Origin: Squalus acanthias
Taxonomy: Eukaryota
NCBI GenBank assembly: GCA_030390025.1
Contig: CM059433.1
Location: forward strand, 124,001 to 188,000
Length of the DNA: 64,000 bases
Direction: 5' to 3'
This document shows positions 57,917-64,000 of the stretch, in pieces. A program made the position numbers and the translations under genes. The first letter of the stretch is position 1, and the number at the start of each line of letters is the position of its first letter. The notes beneath the pieces are model-generated. The model ran no database searches. It saw nothing but the letters and a program-made list of their open reading frames with translations, and was not told where the DNA came from.

Positions 57917-59556
57917 TGTAGAATTCGCAATATATCGCGATTTTTATTAATAAGGAGAAAACACAGAGTTTCGTTCAAACAGCTTTTATTTCAGCAGAAT
58001 GCTGTCAGGTTTCTCAAAGTGGACACAAGCAGCCTGTAAAATGGCCGCCGCACCTCGTGACAGAACATTCTAGACTTTTCGACAGGCAGACAAGATGGCG
58101 TTCCAATAAACATTTGTGCAAGATCGATTAAGATTCAGCACATTGAAGATAATACACGAGACATTATGGGTTTGCAGTATACACATAAATACTGAAATCA
58201 GTCTCCCAGGTACGAATGAAAGCTATTGTACCGAGTAATCAAGGGCCCATCCAAAGACATTAATATGTAAAATCCCAACGACTCTACGATGAGAGAGCCG
58301 TTAGCGGGTAGTTATACAAAACACTTGGAAGCCCCAAAACCCCTCCAGGGAGAACACCGACCGATTTAACAATGGGAGAAATATTAACAGGTACTCAGAC
58401 ATTTACGAGTAGCCCCGAAACCCATTAAGAACGGAGATCACCCATACAAGACATTTGAGCGCCAAACCCTAACAAAAGAAAGGACATTAAGGTTGGGCGG
58501 GAAACGGAAGATTTTGTACTATAATTACAAGCTCCAACCGTCCATCTTTCTCTTATTCTCTTATCCGATCGACTCGTAACCTCGTGGCTGCTCCTGTGTT
58601 TTGACTCGTAGTCTTGTTCCTGCTTGCCTGGTGCCTCTTTGAAAAAGACTGTTGAACTTTCTGATCCGTTCGGATCTACCTCGTGTCGCGTAACGAAGAC
58701 CTATGTTGGTAACTGGCATCGGAACCAAAGGCCTGAGATGAGATGAGATGAGAAGAGAGGAAGACCATACTCATCGCCACGGTCAGTAAATCCCGACCGC
58801 GCCTGTAGGTCGAATAGCCAAGTTTCCTTGCCAGGGAGACTTCTTTGAACTTGCAAGAATAGACCTTGGAAGATCCTCCAAGATAATATTGACTGGTCTG
58901 TGAAACCCATTCGGACAGTGCCTGTTAAACCAACCAACACAGATCTTCATCACAGCAGACGTTCCAGCCTGCTAGCCGGAGCAGAAGCAAGTAAACAAGT
59001 GGGACCAGGAGATTTCCTGATCGACACGTGGGTGCTGCGGTGAAAAACATCCGATCAGCTATTCGGAATTTCTCCGAGTTATCACGAGTGGTGAGCATGA
59101 GTCTCGAAATCCTACGAATCTAGCTAGGACAGATATTGATAGGGGAGGGTTCAAGTATTAAGGATACTTGTAATGTGTGCCCCTATTTACGGTGTGTCGT
59201 TCGTTCCTCGTTTCCCTAGGATTAGCTATATAACTGCTTGTAAGATTGTACTGTCATTAATCTGTGCTTATGACATGTATTTCGTAATCTTAAATATCAT
59301 GCAATAAAGATTTTCCATTTCGTACCATTCAACCGAGTCTACATGAGTTTCATCTCCATTACTGCTCTCGCATCTAAGTCCAGTGTCTAGAACCGTAAGG
59401 GCGAGTGATTCGAACCACTCACAGGTGTGTCTAGTGCTCCCAGACTGGCTGGAAACCAGAACAGGCAACAAGGCCTAAACCCGCACTGACATACAGGCTG
59501 CACAGAGCCGCGTGAATCTCACAGGCTGCGAGACACGCACGGTCAAATCCCTTACA
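57917..59556 (+). repeat. Provirus C 3' LTR (1640 bp)
   Basis: Matches the 5' LTR except for two fewer TGAGA units and a handful of substitutions. Confidence 0.96.
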
Positions 59557-59827
59557 ACTTCCACGTGGTGTGGAGTGCTCCTAAATGAATGGATAGCGGA
59601 ATGGAGAACGCGCCAGCCTGCTCTTTTCCCGTAAACCCCACTAATGTGTATGGGACCTTGGTAGATAGCGGTGAGTCAAAAGGGCTATCCGTATGAATCA
59701 CGGTGCATGAAGCTCCCGTGTCCAACAAATAACTACCCTTCTGCTTCTCTACCTCCATCTCCACCAGGGGTCGCTTCCACGCATCATAGCTGAGCGGACA
59801 CAGGTAGACGGGCTGTGCGGGCTCTAG
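59557..59827 (-). pseudogene. pol: Provirus A pol 5' segment (protease N-half)
   Basis: YLLDTGASC motif. Rejoins 46793 across the ACTT duplication (…TTWK|CILMKW). Confidence 0.92.
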
Positions 59828-61624
59828 TCATTGGGTACTGTTGGACGGGGCTTCGGCATCTGCGGGGCCGGTAGCAACTGCCACCCTTCCATGCGAAATC
59901 ATGAGGGTGCGCATGGCTCCCAACATTGATTCGATCGCATCGGGATGGATAGGTGCACTAGCTCCCCTATCGGAGACAGGCGCCTGGGCTCGGACTGCGG
60001 GATTTTTATCCCTGGACTCCTTTCAAGGGTTCCTGCAGTTCTTGCGCCAATGCCCTGTCTTCCCACACCCGTAACAAGCATTACTGGCCTGCGGGGCGCG
60101 ATTTCCCTCCTGATGCCACTCCTTTTGAGCCGGGGCTGTGGGCCGCGCCTCATGCACCTTTCCCTTAAGGGGACGTGGTCCCGTACTCTTGGTATTACGG
60201 TACCCTACCGTGAGTCGATTTAGGACCGACTCCTCTGTAGTGGCGGGGTTAGTGGGATCAAACCACGCTTTGGCCTGCTCCCTGACGGCTGGCAAACTGT
60301 TGGCTACCACACACCTGAGCCAATGAGTTAAACCGGCACCGTCTAGGCGGTGACGCGCTGGTGCGCCTGGGCAGCTACGCTGGTATACTGGCCACAGCCT
60401 GTCGGCGAAAACCTTCGGGGGTTCTCCCTCCATCTGCACTGTTTGTCCCAATCTAACGAACGGACCTTCATCGTCCGCTCCCAACACTTCCAGGATCTCA
60501 TCCCTCAATTCCCCATAGGTATTATTTCCCCTCTTGCTGAGACACTGAAGGATCGAGCTGTCTAATGAGAACAACAGCATTTTTGCTTTTTCCCCATCGT
60601 CGCAGCCGTTAATGGCTGCGGTTTGCTCTACCAACCTGAAATGTACGGAAGGGTCGTCTGACTCGGCCAGCTTCCGTACGTGACTGATCATAACCCTCAA
60701 CTGGTGTGAGCTGTGAGGCAACATAAGCTGGTTGAGGAGATCCCCCTCTGCCCCACCGTCTCTGTTTGGGCCCCTCTTGATACCCGTGACCGGACACAAC
60801 GGTCCCGGCTTCACTTCTACCTCAGGGGGCTCTTCCTCTACTTCTACCACTTCCTTCCTTACCCAGGTTGCCGAATAGCTGGGTGGCGCGGAGGGCACAG
60901 TGGCAAATACCTCCTTTGCTTTGTTCGGTGGGGATTTCTGAAATTCCCCACCCACCAGCGGCTGGTGTGCTGACGGGCTGATAAGGCACACCATGCCGTG
61001 CGCTTTATTCAGGGCCTCTTTAAGGTTCCCTATCTCTCTTTTGCAGACGCTGTGATCAGCCCCCTGATGTTTATCCTCGAGGGCCATCTTATATGCCGCC
61101 CTAACCCCCGTTAAGCTCTCTTCCTGGGCTTTTATTTGGGCAGCTAGGCGGGCACATCGTTCCTTTATTCTGCCCTCATTTAACTTTGCCTCAGTGACCT
61201 GGCACTCGAGGTAATCTATTTTCGCCTCATGGTGGTTGGCGACTAATTGGCGTTCTTGATGTAACGCATTTAAAGACGCGATGAGCTGCTGCCCCCCCGC
61301 GACCTTCTCGTCCATTTCCACCTCTAAACCCTTGATCTGCGCTGCCTGCGCTAAGATGACCTGGTCCGAAAGCTGGACTTGTCTTTTATAGCACATCAGC
61401 CAGACCGCTTTCTCTACTGATCTTTTATGTTCCTTGCTACCTGTCCACCTCACGGCTGCCTCTATTGGACGCTTATCCACCAGCAGGTCACTTATCCATT
61501 TCTTAGTCAAATTCACCTTTCCAAACACATAATCTGCTATTCTCTCTTCCATAACATTTCGTCCATTCACACCAGGGTCTAACACATTATTTTCTCGCTG
61601 CCAGTGTCCCTTCGTGGTCACCAT
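59828..61624 (-). pseudogene. gag: Provirus A gag with a premature stop (Trp to TGA at 60023-60025)
   Basis: Homologous to Gag of B and C. The frame continues past the stop to TGA-CTAG at 59830-59824. Confidence 0.9.
61606..61623 (-). promoter_or_regulatory. Primer binding site of provirus A (second tRNA-Arg(UCG) isodecoder, one mismatch)
   Basis: TGGTGACCACGAAGGGAC compared with the recalled tRNA 3' end GTCCCTTCGTGGTCG-CCA. Confidence 0.72.
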
Positions 61625-61628
61625 TATC

Positions 61629-63259
61629 TGTAAGGGGTGACCTGCGGCTCTGTGCTTAGCCTGGGTGCTAGTGCGAGGTTAGGCCTTGTTGCCTGTTCTG
61701 GTCTCCAGCCAGCCTGATAACACTAGACACCTGTGAGTGGTTCGACCCACTCGCCCTTACGGTTCTGACACTGGACTTAGGTGCGAGAGCAATAATGCAG
61801 AGAAAACTCAGGTAGACCCGGTTGAATAGTGCGAAATGGAAAATCTTTATTGCATATTATTCAAGATTATGAAATACATGTCATAAGCACAGATTAATGA
61901 CAGTACAATCTTACACACAGTTATGAAACTAATTTTAGGGAAACGAGGAGCGCACGACACATCGTAAAAGGGGACACACATTATAATTATCCTTAAAACT
62001 TAAACCCTCCCCTATCAATACCTGTCCTAATCTAGATTTGTAGGATCGAGACTCATGCTCACCACTCGGGATAACTCGGAGGATTCTAAATCGATGTTCA
62101 GATGCTTTCGCCACCGCACCTGACCACTCACGTGTTGGTCAAGGGTCTCTGCGCCTCACTTGTTTACTCGTTTCTGCTCCGGCTAGTAGGCTGGACCGTC
62201 TGCTGCCATGAAGATCTGTGTTGGTCTTCAGAGTTCGGACACCCCTCAAAGAAGAGTCTTCCTGTGCCCTCACACCGGTTCGATAGAACTCGAAGAAGGG
62301 TCTTCCTAGGCCAGTTGTGGAGTAGCCGATAAAATTCGAAGAAGTGTTTATTCGACTTACAGGCGCGGTCGGGGCTTACTGACCGTGGCGATACGTATTG
62401 TCGTCTTCTTCTCTTCTCATCTCATCTCATCTCATCTCCTCTCGGGCCTTCGGTTCCAACACCGTTTACCGACTTCTCGGGATGGTGCGCCCGCTTCCAG
62501 GCCTCACAGCCCAGTTCTCCACAGATCTTCGCGGCAAGCCACGAGGTTGATCCTAGCGGATCAGAGTCCAGAGCCGTCAGGCAAGAGAATAAAAGTTCAG
62601 CAGTCTCCCAGCGAGTCAAAGCAGCAAGAGAAAGATGGACGGTTGTACCTTACAGTTATAGTGCTGTAATTCCTCTTTTCCCGCCCAATCTTAATGTCTA
62701 TCTTTTGTCAGGGTTTTGCGCTCAAATTTCTTGTATGGGGTGATCTCAGTCTTTAATGGGTTTCGGTGACACTTGTAACTGTCTGAGTACCCGTTAATAT
62801 TTCTCCCATTGTGGAGCCGGCTAGTAGTCTCCCTGGAGGAGTTTTGGGGCTTCCAAATGCTTGCTGTAAGTACCCGCAAACGGCTCTCTCATCGTAGAGT
62901 CGTGGGGATTTTGCATATTAATGTCTTTGGATGGGTCCTTGATCGCTCAGTACAATAGCCCTTGTTTGCACCTGGGAGACCGATTTCCGTATTCATGTTT
63001 TAAAGTGTAAACCCATCGCGTCTTGTCATTATCTCATCATGTTGGATCTTTTCGATCTTGCACAAATGTTTATTGGAACGCCATCTTGTCTGCCAACTGA
63101 AAGTCTAGAACTTTCTGCCATGAGGCGTGGCGGCCATTTTACAGGCTGTTTGTGTCCGTTTTGAAACCTGACAGCATTTTGCTGAAATAAAGCTGTTTAT
63201 ACGAAACTTTATGTCTCCTGCTTATTTTATAAAATCGCGATAATTTTGCGAATTCTACA
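61629..63259 (-). repeat. Provirus A 5' LTR (1631 bp)
   Basis: TGTA…TACA termini, followed on the minus strand by the PBS and gag. Confidence 0.93.
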
Positions 63260-63829
63260 ACCCCCTGGTGAAAACCAGGGACTATCTGCCACAGGACGAT
63301 AAGAGGTGATACATTGAACTGGGCACCTGGAAAGAGCCGTTGTTTAGACTCATCGCACAAAACCAAATAATGTAAAATAAAAACCAGAAAATGGGAAAGA
63401 AAACCTCAGTGTTGGAGTTAACGGAGCTGAATAATTGTGAATGAAGAAGCTCCACCTCACAGTGCAGCAGTGTGGGTGGGAGACAAAAACTGCCAACTGC
63501 CAGTAGAGGGCAGTATTTATAAACAGGGTCACCATGCACAGAGCTCTGGAGATGGGGCCTGGGGGGAATCGTTCAAAATCCCAACACTGCCACATGCACA
63601 GGGTTAAATCCAATATTTAAAATGGCAACTAACCCACGTAAGCTGGAAAAATAGATGTAAAAGGAACTCTTATCGAAGGATCAATTGTCTTGCTCCAAGA
63701 TCTTAATGAATTCTGCGACGAGTCCTTCGTGAAAATGACCGATGTTTTTGAAATCCCTGCAACAGAATTAAGAATGAAGAATTTTTATTGCTCCTGACAA
63801 AACCTGACTGGAAACCAAGCAGATTGAAA

Positions 63830-64000
63830 GGAAGATAGGAACAGGAGTCGGCCATTCAGCCCCTCGAGCCTCCAATGCCAATCAATTAGATCATTGCTGA
63901 TCTGTGCCTCAAATCTATTTACCCACCTTTGCTCCATGTCCCTTGTTAGCCTTTCCCAACTAAAATCTATCAATCTCAGTCTTAGAAGCTCCACTTGTCC
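63830..64000 (-). mobile_element. CR1-type 3'-end fragment (runs off the window)
   Basis: ATAGGAACAGGAGTCGGCCATTCAGCCCCTCGAGCC resembles the CR1 tail at 19596-19632. Confidence 0.7.

Larger units (their letters stand above)
46794..59556 (+). mobile_element. Endogenous retrovirus C, full-length and coding-intact (12.76 kb), inserted antisense in the protease of A
   Basis: LTRs 46794-48443 and 57917-59556. 4-bp TSD ACTT at 46790-46793 and 59557-59560. gag, pol and env are all open. Confidence 0.97.
28441..63259 (-). mobile_element. Endogenous retrovirus A (outer, older provirus; pol interrupted by B and C)
   Basis: LTR-PBS-gag-pol-env-PPT-LTR order is recovered on the minus strand after removing the two nested insertions. 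Confidence 0.9.

Noticed and set aside
45159..60025. APOBEC-type hypermutation of provirus A (two Trp-to-stop changes)
   Set aside because: Only two events, and many Trp codons including those in env are intact. Insufficient without a substitution-spectrum test.

Overview
Repeat-dense vertebrate genomic DNA, probably a cartilaginous fish judging by its CR1, SINE and Penelope-like repeats (inference). No host protein-coding gene is confidently identified. From 1 to 28.4 kb there are tRNA-head SINE/LINE pieces, several 5'-truncated CR1 LINEs, CT microsatellites, a Harbinger DNA transposon (transposase plus spliced Myb/SANT gene) with a non-autonomous relative, and a ~1.8-kb tandem array. From 28.4 to 63.3 kb there is a nest of three related endogenous retroviruses with ~1.64-kb LTRs (TGTA...TACA). 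The outer, older provirus A (minus strand, decayed gag/pol, intact env, non-matching flanks) has its pol split by two young insertions, each with a 4-bp TSD. Provirus B (35574-44959, minus) has pol replaced in frame by a coiled-coil ORF. Provirus C (46794-59556, plus) has open gag, pol and env. Family hallmarks seen in the sequence: a tRNA-Arg(UCG) PBS that overlaps the first gag ATG, an in-frame UGA-CUAG gag-pol junction, a tether plus RNase H, a long variable Pol C-terminal tail, and an F-protein-like Env carrying an N-terminal immunoglobulin-like domain. The family is lokiretrovirus/spuma-like, but no phylogeny was computed.
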